A program made the position numbers and the translations under genes. Below the pieces are notes generated by a model. It worked only from the letters and a program-made list of their open reading frames with translations. It was not told the DNA's origin and searched no databases. Shown piece by piece: positions 13,463 to 25,242 of a DNA stretch of 64,000 nucleotides (positions are counted from its first letter, which is position 1; every line of letters begins with the position of its first letter). Source of the DNA: Takakia lepidozioides (lineage: Eukaryota; Plantae; Bryophyta); the NCBI GenBank assembly GCA_030704615.1, contig CM060732.1:27342001-27406000 (forward strand), written 5' to 3'.

Positions 13463-14202
13463 CGGGCGATTGACGAAGTCTCGGGGGGATATTCGGTGGG
13501 CGCCTGTGACTGACCTCCATACATTAATGGCGCAGTTGGGCATTAAATGTCCTCCGCCGTCGGTTTTGAACCGGGCTGGCGACAGAGGGATTCCGCGGTT
13601 GCTTCCCGGATACGCCTTGGAAACCCTATGCTATACTTGGATGAAGGGGCGTGAATCCAACGCCCGTTCAGTGTGAAAAGAAGGGGCGTGAATCCCCTTC
13701 TGGGTGATTCTAATCTGTACTCCTCCCCAGTTGAAGTCAAAGCAAAAGGAAGGAACGTTCTAGTTATCCAACCATCTTCACATGGCTGTGGGTTTCCCTT
13801 AGTTCGTTCGTGATCAGAGTTCATGCAATCCTCATCCACGCCGCAGCGGAAGAGAAGACATGGATGGGGAGTTTTGAATTGTTCTTGCTCTTGGTTCTAC
13901 TTTTATACAACGGCCTTGCCCTATGATCACAGCGCCAACAGGGCTGCCATGATCTTTTCTGTGATGCAACCAGCCCTATGACAGCGCTGAACACGACCCT
14001 TAATGTGAAGCTCCCTTGAGCAGTGACACGTCGGAAGCCCCCTTTGTAATGGCGACACAGATTTAGAGGGAGGCAGCTCAGATCTGCCATGAACTGCAGG
14101 GCCACTGGTCTCTTTCAGGGTTCATGTTTTCTTCATCTCATCTCCCCAAATTGGCCATCCCCCATCAACCCCTTTTACTAAGCAGCTCTCTCCCTTCCCA
14201 AA

Positions 14203-14208
<6 letters not shown>

Positions 14209-14250
<42 letters not shown>

Positions 14251-14386
14251 ATCTTGGTCTACAGGTTCCTCACTTCTTCAACAGGAGCATATCTACCATG
14301 CAATGCAATGCACAACTCAGCCAGGCATCCAGTGCTCCCAGCCTTGAAATCATCCTTGGTCACACAAGGCATAACCATCCCATTCA

Positions 14387-14422
<36 letters not shown>
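14209..14422. repeat. Two (CT)n microsatellites (14209-14249, 14390-14422)
   Basis: Direct inspection. Confidence 0.95.
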
Positions 14423-14424
<2 letters not shown>

Positions 14425-16251
14425 GCCAATGTCCAACCCTTCACACTACCTTTTCCAAAAGAAGCCATTGCCCAAACAGCTCTCAGCCTTTCTACAGGTT
14501 TCAACCAAATACCCCAACAGCCCTCTTTTCCCTTCAACTGTGAACCTTAGTTGTTCATACCCTGAGACCATACTGGAAATCAGTTCCAAAACCAAATCAG
14601 TGTCGGTGTTGCTTCCCCATCCACATTATCCTTTCTCTGTTTTCAACAGTTCTAGCTAACCCTCACTGGTGTTTTCAATCAGCCAAGATAGGTCTACATT
14701 GGTTCCAGTGTATCAATACCCAGGGCAACATTGTGTGCAGGTTCATAACACTGAAACAAAGAACAAGAATGAAGACAAACAGTGACCATTCTGATTCAGT
14801 GACAAGCAGTCTCTCCCCCCACTCATTTCTCCTACTGACACTATAACATCAGGTGCATCCATCCTTTCCCTATCCTGGTTTGAAGTCCAGAGTCTCCATT
14901 CCATTTCCAAAACCTTTTTCCTCCATCACATATCTCTACCTCCTTCTCCTCTACAAAGAGCCAGTCCTAAATCCACACCAAAACGATTTCTAAGTCACCA
15001 CCCCCCAAAAACCGAAACCCACAGTCTACGAACTTATCTGTTTTATCCTCCAGCGAAGCGGTGGATCTGCCTGCCAAGATGGCACCTCACCATCGCCTGT
15101 CAGCAGCCACTTCAACCTATTCTCCTTGTCTTGATTCCAGTATTTATCATGCCATGATGGCTCCTCTTCATCCTATGGAACATCCTGTGGCTTGCCAACT
15201 AAATACTCTATCCTTCTATGCGTGCAATTCTTCCCTAAGAATTGACATGGTCCTATAGTAAAAAGACACAAAAGCAGCTATAAGCTTTGATTACAGATAA
15301 CCTGAGTTGCCATCCAGCCAGCACTTCACATGCCTCATCCCCTCCATTGATTGTGCCCACAACTCACTTCCTTGTGCTTCCGGCAGCTGGCCGTTTTCCT
15401 TGCTTGCTCATCTGCCCATAACTATTCTCTTCAAGGCAATGGCGACAGCGGTGGTGCGCCGCTCTTCTTACATGCTCCTACTCCAGGAATTGATCATCAC
15501 TACGAGAAAAGCGGCACCGCTTCCCTTTACACAGAATACCAAGCAGAAGCACTTAATGCTGCTCTCTAAACCAAGCAGAGTCCCATAGCGTAGGTACAAC
15601 CTCCCAAAATTAGACTGCCCTGCCAACCCCACTGCTCGCAGCAGCTGCTAAGAGTTGCCCGTCATCTTCCTCTTCGTTTTCCTCAACCCGCGTTTCTAGG
15701 TTAAACACCTGGGATGAAAACGTTCATCCTACGGATGAAAATACGCATGGTCATGACTTAGCCATTTTTATCCTGGCAAAGCATAAGCACAGTATGCCCA
15801 TGAAATTACCTGTATGCAGGGATATATCCCTCCTGCAGTTGTACCCGGGCACTCCAGTTGTAATGATGCAGGGTCTTAACGGTAAAACAAAATGTAATGT
15901 CACTCCCTTGCATTCACACTACAAACTTCTATTGGAGGCATGTACGCACACATTTGGCGAGATCTTTTTTCTTTTGCTGGGACTTATGCCACGTGGAGAA
16001 GGGCGTGGCTCTCCTGAGAGAGACCCCACATCCAGACCGCGGCGGAAGCTGAAGGCTTTGTACTACGGGCGACGTCCAACCTCTCGCATGGCCAAACTTA
16101 AGCTACAGCAGGAAATTCCATTTGTCTTGCTCACAGCCCGCGCCAACTGAAGCCGAGCACTCTCAGGTCCGCCCCTTCCTCTTTCTGTTTTCTTTGTCTC
16201 TGCCTGGCAGCCCTAGAAGCGCATGGTTGCATCGCAAAAGCAGGAGTTGTT

Positions 16252-16407
16252 GAGAAGAATGATCAAGGTCAGAGTGGTTAGAAAGGAGCCAGGCCGTTGC
16301 TGCATTCAGATTTGCAACATGGTGCACACCTCGCTGTAGATAACAGGTTGCAGGTCGGAATTAAGGAAATCCATGCTGAGCTGAGAAGATTGTCTGAGCA
16401 AATGAAG
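16252..16407 (+). pseudogene. Captured fragment of a PPR E+/DYW junction inside the MULE
   Basis: ATTAAGGAAATCCATGCTGAGCTGAGAAGATTGTCTG is identical to 42767-42803, and the flanks align with ~42660-42813. Confidence 0.85.
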
Positions 16408-16890
16408 TGCCTTCAAAACATTTCACCCTGTTTTCCCGTCTTATGGAATTCGTGTTCATTTGTTCATCGTGTTTCATGTTACTGGTTGAGTGAACCTTAG
16501 ATAGTTTGCAATGCGTGTGCAAAGCCGGCAGCTCTGGAGAAGGCTGCTTGTGCATTGGTTTGATTTGTTTTCATTGTTGTTCCATGCCACTCCATACTTG
16601 GTGTTTTTTTGTTTTCATTGTTGTTCCACAATTGTTGCGATGGTGGTTTTCATTCCGATGTTGGTTCTCACGATTTTTGGGGATGACAGAGTGATGACGA
16701 GCCCGGCATGCTGGTGGTATCATCGACAGCTTCAACTGCTTGAGCAGTCACTCCAAAAGCCACTACTCATTGCATGTTTGGATCGCCCAACTTGGGGCGG
16801 GAGGGCAAACTAAAACCTTTTGTTGGTGGACGGGAGGACCTGCAGCGAGAGTAAGACAGAATAGGCATTGGGGAGGTTGGTGCAGGCGGC

Positions 16891-19800
16891 ATGGCAGGTG
16901 AAGGGCATCGGATGAGGACAACAGATCCGGCAATGGAGGATGTTGATGCACATGCATTAGGGCTCGCCCAAGAAGAAGAAGAAAGCCAAGCACATGCGAT
17001 CCCCGGCGAGAGAGCCGTCACGGTCTGCGGAGGGGGGAGTGAGCAGGGCGCGGGAGAGTGCTCGAGGTGGTTCCGGCGGTGGTTGACCACGTTGAGGATG
17101 ACGAGAGGGAGCTTTCTGACCAGGATGACATCCTCCCGGACATCCCCAGGCCCCAAACCCGGAGCATACAGGCTGGATTTGGCGGTCCGGGTGGGCTGCC
17201 GGAGAACCCCCCTGCAATAGACGTCATGTCGGAGGCGGATATGAAGTTGGCCACTGCCAAGATGTTGGAGGCAACCCACAGCAACATTGGCAGGGTCCTG
17301 GGGGGCATGGTGTACCCGGCCAAGCTTCGGATTCCCCTTTGCCGCTTGGTTTCATTGCAGGTGGTCAGACCTGCCCTCCCAGGCAATATCGACAAGCTGA
17401 AATTCTCTTTTCGGGAGGGATATCGAATGGGGTCTGCCGCGTTTTACGTTTCCATGGAGAACGACCACGGAACTTCTTGTGCCCACACTTCCGATGAGGT
17501 GGACAAATGGGGTCCCCATTGGCAAAGGCGAAATGAGGAGTTCGAGAGTGTGATTGCTACTGATCCTCTTTTCCAGCACTTGTCCGGAAAGATGTTTTAC
17601 GTGTGGGACGACAATCATCGCCTCTTGGCATGGATGGAGTACATAGCCCAAGCCCACCCCAACGACCTGGATTGGCATTTCGCCGTGGAGTGTGTTGTGC
17701 TCAAGGTTGCGGGGCCCAAAGATCGCAGTCTTCTCAAAGCGGCAATGGCAGACATCAATTCGTAAGTTACAATGCTTCTTGCTTTGGAACTTTGAATTTG
17801 AAACAGACATTTCAATGCCAATCGTCATATTTGTTGCAAATTCTCAATTCTGTATTGTTTAATGGAAATGTGGCATTGCAAGGTGACTAAGAATGCCTTC
17901 ATTGCCACCAACTTGTCCCATATGCTCTTCCGAGTGAAGGATGTCGGGAAGCAAGGGGTGCGAGAGTTTGCCAATTCGCTCAGTGCCGACCTCCTGCGCA
18001 AGTCGGAGGCAAAGGCAGACAGAACCTGGTATAGGCTGAGCATGGATGCCATGGTGGACTACATATTTCGGGTAAAGCTCCTCACTGTTTTGTTGAGCTA
18101 ATCTGTCTCTCCTCCCCCAATAGAAGAAAAAGTGTTGAGCAGGATCTCTAATCTTATGTGCGCATTCTTGACAGACGAAAATTCAGCAGGATTTGGCACA
18201 TGCGCGGAGGTTCTACAAGGAGTCAGAGGAGAAGAAACTAACCCTTCCGGCACTGGAATCATATCTCAAAGCTGCGGAGGCGAAGGCCCGCATCAAGTAC
18301 AAGTCGCGGATGGTAAAGTATGTGGCCATAGCTGATCCCGCCCTTGGTGCCGATTTTCTGGTGGAGGTGGGGAGGCACTACTCCCGCGCTCTGAAGCCCA
18401 CAATGACATTGGAGAAGCTGCATCGTCTAGCCACATCATGTGTGGATGCAACAGAAAAGGTTATACATTCCTAACCAAATTGTCGTGGCAACAATTCGTT
18501 TTTGTGGTGTTTGGCGCTTACTAATATGCTGGGTGGTTGGACAGACCCGGTGGCTCCAAATCTGGAATGGTTCCCAAAGTACAAGGGACATGTGGAGCTT
18601 CCCCAAACCCGACAAACTGTCCGACCCCACATTCGACATGTGGATGAACCGCATGACATGGTGGTTTCAGGTACTTTCCCACGCTTCATTTGGGGCGTCT
18701 ACTCTTGTATCGGATGGATTTATTGTATTTTTTGAGGAAAACGGTCTGATGGAGAATCTCCACAGGTGACGACAAATGCGCAAGAGCAGCTTGACACACA
18801 AGCACATCAGTTCAAGCTGGAGATTTCTGGTGAAGCTGAGAGCCTACGCGACTATGTGACGAGGTACTTTCTGCTCTACAAAACCGACCTATTCTTTCGA
18901 GAGATATCCCATGCCCGCCGGAGCCACGAGTTCACTGACCAGCCAAACGCGGACAAAGCGGCAATGCGCCTTCTGTATAGGTACAAACGTTGTGCCTTTC
19001 TTTTTAGTCCTAACATTTCCAGGATATAAGAGGCCCTATGTGGCGCATGAAAATTAGTTGTGGTCCTAGGAAAAATAGCGCCGAATTTCCGAATTCGGGC
19101 CCTGGGGGATGGCTGTCCAGGGGGTGCCTAGCACTCAGTCCGGAAATTCAGCGCCATTTTTCCAGTTGTAGGCCCAATCAGATCTGGGACTTACCCATTC
19201 TCGGCCCCAACCTGGGAAAAAAATGGCGCCAAATTTCCAGTTGAGGGCCCCGAAAATGGCTAGGTCCCTTGGGAGGCTGGCACCGAATCCGGAAATTCGG
19301 CGCCATTTTTCCAGATCAAGGCAAAGTCAGTTCTGGGACTTAGCCATTTTCGGGCCCAACATGGGAAAATGGCGCCGAATTTCCAGTGAATGGCCCCGAA
19401 AATGGCTAAGTCCCTTTAGAGGCAGGCACTGAAACAGGAAATTCGGCGCCATTTTTCCAGTTCCAGGCCCAGTAAGTTCTGGGACTTAGGCATATTCGGC
19501 CACAACCTGGGAAAATGGCGCCGGTTTTCCAGTGCAAGGCCCCGAAAATGGCCAAGTCCCTACAGTGGCAGGCACCGAAACCGGAAATTCGGCGCCATTT
19601 TTCCAGTTCCGGGCCCAGTCAGTTCTAGGACTTAGCCATTATCGGGCCCAACCTGGGAAAATGGCGCCGAATATCCAGTGCAGGGCCCCAAAAATGGCTA
19701 AGTCCCTACAGTGGCAGGCACCAAAACCGGAAATTCGGCGCCATTTTTCCAGTTCCGGGCCCAGTCAGTTCTGGGACTTAGCCATTTTCGGGCCCAACCA

Positions 19801-22377
19801 GGGAAAATGGCGCCGAATTTCCAGTGAACGGCCCCGAAAATGGCTAAGTCCCTTTAGAGGCAGGCACCAAAACAGGAAATTCGGCGCCATTTTTCCAGTT
19901 CTGGGACTTAGCCATTTTCGGCCCCAATCTGGAAAAATGGCGCCGAATTTCCAGTTCCGGGCCTAGTCATTTTCATTCCCTAAAATTTATCTCGTTCCCG
20001 GGACCTCATTCTGTGTGTTTCTTGAATGCAGGTACTGCAAGTTCTCCCTTTTGGAGAAAAGACATCTGTCCTTCGAGCCGCCATTCTTCCTCGCATGGAG
20101 GAACCCTAGGGCTGACTCCATGTACACTGACGTTATCGTGAAGGAGTGGCATCTGGAACATTTGCGCGACTGCCCTTGGTATGTGGACCTTCCGCCCGGC
20201 TCGCTCGACCCATCCGAGTTTCAATTGGAGCTGGATGCTGAGGCTCGATGAAACCGGGCTCCGCTGCCTCCGCAGGGTCCAAAGGAGGCGAGAGTGCTTG
20301 CCCAGTCCAGGAAAGCGGCAGAGCTTGCTCAGGCAGGTATTCAAGAGAAATTGAATGAGAAGAATAAAGGACAAAAGAAAAGGACACGGAAATAGGGGAG
20401 TACAGTAACCCCCAAAAAACATAAAACCACCGGGGCACCAGAGGAGGCGCAGGAGGGGCCCCAAGGGAGTGACTCCGACGACAACTTTGTGCAAGGTCCT
20501 GCGACTACTGCTGCTGCTACCAAGTCACCGGTCGTTCGGGTTCCCAAGTCAGTTCGGTCTGGGACTGGCTCTCCCAAGAAGTTGGCATTTGAGGGCGAGC
20601 CTACACGGCGGTGACGTTTCCAAAGAGGCCAAAGCTAGAACCCCCAACCATCATCCAATGTGTCAATGAGAGCTTCCTTGACGCTCTGGCTGCCAGGGCG
20701 AAGAAGGTGGCACACAACAAGTCTGTGGAGGAGCAGAAGGGGAAAGCCAAGAAGAGGGCTCCCAGTACAGAGCCTAAAGACACCCCTGGTTTCGAATCCA
20801 TGATGGAATTCTTCGCGGCTGTGAGCACGGATTGCAAGAGCACTCGGGGTGGGGTTGAGGTGGAGAGAGACTGCGATATGATTCTCCTCGATATTCGAGA
20901 TGGGGAGCTGCTGGAGGGCCTGGATGGTGTGCCCACCTAGAACAGGTTTACAAAGGACTACTGGAGAGTCGGGTTTGGGCTGGTGGGGATGCTCCTGGAT
21001 GACGGTGGATGTATGGTGGTCCTTGCCACAAGAGGGAAGACCACAGACAATGTTGTGGCAAGGTGGACACCGAAAAGTGTCACCCCGGTCCTCCTCAAAA
21101 ATGGGTTCTGCATCAATACGCAGGGGTTGCAAACAGAGGGCCAATGTGTAAGTTATCAATCTATTGTATTCACTTCATATTGTGGTGTATCTGAACTAGA
21201 CCCTGGAGTTGATCCCTCTTTTGTTGGATGTGCAGACATTGGTGTTTGAGGCATATTGTTTTGTGAAGAGAGGGTCTACGTTCATATTCCGCAACGACGG
21301 TTGTCTTGTTGATGTCACTGTGGACCCTATTACCTACGATGTCCTCTACAACTATGTGCCCCACTTCAATATGCCGATGGACACAAAGACAGGCAAACCA
21401 TGGCGGTACAGCCGGACCCAGAGCCTTGCTTTCATCCAAACCCTCATGGAGACGTGCTCGGATGTCCAAGGGCAGATTCTTGACCTCACATGCGGCACGG
21501 GTAAGCCTTCACGTGCACAGTTTGTCCCCTGGCCCGATTGCAATTGCATGCCGCATGCTACTAACCGCCCGCTTTGTCCCTCAGGTGCCTCAATGTGGGC
21601 AGGGACATTGTCCGACAGGCATGTCTTTGCCTTCGAGCCAGATATTGCCCTCTACAACTCCGAACTTGCAGCGGCTGAACGTTTGCCGAAAGAGGAAGAG
21701 GCATCCTCGGAGGATGAGGAAGAATCCGACAAGGAGCAGGGGGAGGTACAAGTTGGGATCGAGGCCGAGGAGCCCCCGGTTTACGAGTGAGTGGTTGCAT
21801 TGTAAGTTGCCTCCTGATTTCATGAGGCACCTCCCTTCGCTCTCTTATTTCATTGAAAGACCCTTTTTTGCTTCTGCTGGTATTGACATTCTTAAAGTGG
21901 ATTTGTTCTTACTGTAGGATGCCAAATACTGCAGGAGGGACGTCTACACCGCAGTTCATGGGCAGGAGGAACGTGCCTTTTTTTGCCAGGGGGGATTTCA
22001 TGCCTAGTCCAGAAAGGGACTACATCCTTCCCACTTATGCTGCCCGGCTTGCTTCGGTGTCCATTAGGAGGTCTTCCGAACCTAGTCGTGTACAACAGAT
22101 TTTAGAAGAGGCAAGCCTCAAGAAAATGAAGATGAGGGAGGAGGCAGCAGCTATTAGAGCCTGTCAGGCTCGTAGATTTGTCTTGGATTCTGCTGAGGAA
22201 AGTGGGGGAGAAGAGGCAGAAGATTCCCAGGAGGTGAGGTGGACAGTCCCCCAAGGAGAGGACGGAATTTTTGAGAGGCATAGTGGAACTGATGCATCAC
22301 AGAGCTCGGAGGATGGGGGGGATGAGGGGGATGAGGAGGAAGGCGGGGCAAGTTCCTCGGAGGGTGTAGGAGAGTAG
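16891..22377 (+). pseudogene. Multi-exon cargo gene: ParB/Srx-like domain, helical and charged middle, beta-class DNA amino-methyltransferase-like domain, acidic tail; a few lesions
   Basis: FYVWDDNHRLLAW (~17595-17633); CDMILLDIRDG (~20872-20904); AFIQTLMETCSDVQGQILDLTCGTG|ASMWAGTLSDRHVFAFEPD. Approximate exons 17058-17761, 17883-18071, 18174-18459, 18545-18670, 18767-18980, 20032-21146, 21236-21500, 21585-21786, 21918-22377. Stops at 20251 and 20940. The start codon is uncertain. Confidence 0.75.
19070..19962. repeat. Intronic array of alternating inverted ~73-bp half-units (146-bp period) with the GGCGCC motif
   Basis: About 13 copies alternating AAAATGGCGCCGAATTTCC and GGAAATTCGGCGCCATTTT, with TGGCTAAGTCCC/GGGACTTAGCCA. 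Confidence 0.92.
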
Positions 22378-22571
22378 TGCCCATTCCGGCTATGACAGTT
22401 AGGACACACTTGTATAGATGTGGCTTGCCACAAAATTTGCAATAAAATGTTGCATTTCATTGCTATGACGAGTCCACTGGTGCCAAATTCCAACTTCATA
22501 TGACCCTATTTCCGTGCCTCCTAACCCTATTTTCGTGGACACACAATGGTCCGCTCATGCCTTTTTTTTTT

Positions 22572-22608
22572 CCGCTCATGCTCATGCCGCTCATGAAATA
22601 GCAACCCC
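22572..22608 (-). repeat. Right terminal inverted repeat
   Basis: CCGCTCATGCTCATGCCGCTCATGAAATAGCAACCCC followed by the TSD. Confidence 0.85.
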
Positions 22609-22667
22609 CCAGAGGAACAGGCATGATGCAAAGTGAAATTTGTGTTTTTGGGATTGAAGAGGCTAAC

Positions 22668-23005
22668 CATAGTCATGAAAGCTCCCCACTGTCTGTACTT
22701 GAAGTGCCAGGAAACCATCTAGTCCTCCAACTCCTGCAGCTAGATCCCAGTAGCAGCACCAGAGGAGAACCACCGAGCCTGGATTGCTTGGTAAGTGCTC
22801 TCAGCTTCTCCCATTGAGGTGGCATTTTTGTACTTGAGGCAGAGCCTTCTGTGCTCCAACTGAAGGTTAGGTCGAATGCAGCGCTTTGTATGACGTGCCA
22901 AAGATTGACTCCAATGGAAGAGGCATGTGCGGTCCCTATTTTCCATTGGCACCTTAGGATCCCCCGAACCAAAGACTCGCTGCACTGCATTATGTTTTGG
23001 ACTAA
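22668..23005 (-). pseudogene. DDE-core part of the host Mutator-like transposase (continues at 7925)
   Basis: VFGSGDPKVPMENRDRTCLFHWSQSL...WHFKYRQWGAFMTM|GTTAG donor; homologous to 10245-10600. Confidence 0.85.
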
Positions 23006-23009
23006 TGAA

Positions 23010-23830
23010 TGTAGTGGCAGGGATGAGCTCTCAGCGAGATTCATTCATCCGATAGAGCCGCGACAGTTCTCCGCGGCAAGGAACGGTTCCCGGGTGTTCC
23101 TCGGTTCTCATTGAGTTCCTAAGGGCATCTTTAGGCGCCAAGGGTATCTTTGGATTCCCCACATGAGTTCCCTTAGGGGAGGTATTTTATTTTCCTGATT
23201 TTCTTAATTTCTTTTATTTTCCAGCATTTCTGATTTGCGAAATTGCTTAAATAGGATAGATGCGCGTGGTGCTTGTTATAGCTTGCAGGGTGTTGATTAA
23301 ACTGATTGAACTTATTGATTTGAGGGGCTTAGAACCACATTATTGAATTTAGTGAACCTATTGGATGACGATAGGCATTTTGGCCACTCTTTTGCTAAAA
23401 CAAAGTATTTAGGCACTGGGATAGGAAGCGTTGGCCCTTCCATTTAGAGGTGACTTGAACTCAAGCCCTCGGCGAAGAAAGGACATTGGGAGAGGAAGAT
23501 TTTCCCTCTTCTCCCTAGGCTCGGCAAGTGCCTTGTGAAAGGATTAAAACATGTCCCGGCTATAGGCCGCTCGGGGGTCTAGGCAGTAGGAAATAGACAA
23601 TAAAACACAAAGACTTGGAAGGCAATTACTGAGTAGATTGTATGATACCGTAGGACTTAGAAACACAAACTCGCCCTGTGAAGATGAGTACGTGATTTCT
23701 CTTTGCCAGTAGGACTTAGATAGTGATCATAGCCACCATGTACGACCACGGACCCCCTGCACTAACCGCAGTCGGGTAGGCAATTCAGTGAGCCCAACCT
23801 ACACCGCAACTTACCTCGGCCCCACTAGAC
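23010..23830. mobile_element. Probable LTR-derived insertion
   Basis: Abruptly truncates the host transposase; begins TGTAGTGG and ends near CCACTAGA; non-coding. No TSD seen. Confidence 0.35.
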
Positions 23831-25242
23831 TACTATGTCGTCACCCTGACCGTGCGCGCTCAGGGCTCGTCACACAACCATCCGGTATGTCAAAGTTTTC
23901 ATAATGATTTGTTGTGTCGACGAGATGGTGCACGAGTACTCCCACGCATTTTGCCCTGTACGTTGCCTTCCAAGGGCTGGGGAGGGGCTCCAGCTACCGG
24001 CATTTGGTCCTGGGAACATTCTTGTCACCTTGCTGAACCTCGAAAAGGGGTACGACATTGAAGTGCGGGAGTTTGATGGAACGACAAAATCACTATCATG
24101 TGGTCTCCTTGAATATCTGCATCTTTTCACGCATATGAGGGCCTCTTACATGGCACATTGAACATAGTGGCCAAGTCTCGAAGCGAACCAAAATCATTTC
24201 GATGGCCAACCATCCGTTGAGCCATCGAATGAATTTCGATTGATCTCATGTCTAGTGTAGGACTTGTGAGAGGGCGTCTCAAACGTACTGGCAAAGTTTG
24301 GAAGCGAGCCAAAATGATTTGGATGGGCAACCATCCGTTCACCCGTTGAATGTATTCCGTTGGATCTGCTATTACTTTGGGACCTGTTTGGACTGTGTTT
24401 CGCGTGCTCACAATTGTTTTTTTCATTCTGTTCTTGCATGGGGCGTGTCATGACTCTGTATGCAACGTGCGTGCCAAATTTGGGAGCGAACGTAATTCAT
24501 TTGGACCCAAAACCACAGTTTCTTCCCTGTTTTGCACTCCAAACTTGATTTGTAATCTACTTCATGCACACTTCATAGAGAGTTCTGCAATAGTGAGCGA
24601 AGAGAACACTTTTTTTGGGGGGGCATTTTTTATTGGTCCACATTTTGGCGGGGGAGTAGCGGTGGGATGTTTGAAGCAGCAGAATAAAATTGAGCCAAAA
24701 ACAAAATCGATACGTGCCAGAAACCCCCAATGAAAGGCAGTGCAAACCTATTTATTGGCTTAAAATTAATTTAAATTCAATTAAATTTTGGAATGGCTTG
24801 AGGAGTGAGCGTGTCAATGGGGAGGCAAATATGTGTCGCACACATGTTCAAGAACATGGGGGCAAAAGAGGGGCTTCAACCACATCCGTTCAATGGGTGC
24901 AATAGCCGTGCACTCGCATTGAACAAAAACCAGTTGACAAGTGAACGCCTCATTGGCCATTCGAACAAATTTCGATTGATCTCATATTACACTGGGACCT
25001 ATCAGAGGGTACATTGAACACACTGGCCAAGTCACAAGGTGTCCGCACATTGAACATTCAGAAGAGGACGTCCAACAATGTTCCACGCTGGAGATGGCAA
25101 CCATTGCAAATCATCAATATTACTGGAGAAGAGGGAGCGGGAGCCACTGTCATCGAGCCTACATACTCCTTTGATTGATTATCACGCAAATTTAGGAAGG
25201 ATAAGACATTTTTGTGTTGTGCAATCTGCATACCTCTGTTAC

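Larger units (their letters stand above)
8010..22608. mobile_element. Complete 14.6-kb Mutator-superfamily DNA transposon with transposase and ParB-methyltransferase cargo gene
   Basis: 9-bp TSD. Left end GAGGTTAGCTATTTCATGAGCATGAGCGGCATGAGCGG; right end reverse complement GGGGTTGCTATTTCATGAGCGGCATGAGCATGAGCGG. The flanks rejoin into one intron of another transposase gene. Confidence 0.9.

Noticed and set aside
13550-15790. Possible nested LTR or extra gene inside the large MULE
   Set aside because: Pyrimidine-rich, with microsatellites and only short ORFs; I could not find convincing termini, a TSD or a protein motif.
23870-24161. Possible N-terminus of a divergent transposase for the family C element
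   Set aside because: Only faint similarity to 11954-12355 and interrupted by stops; not supportable.
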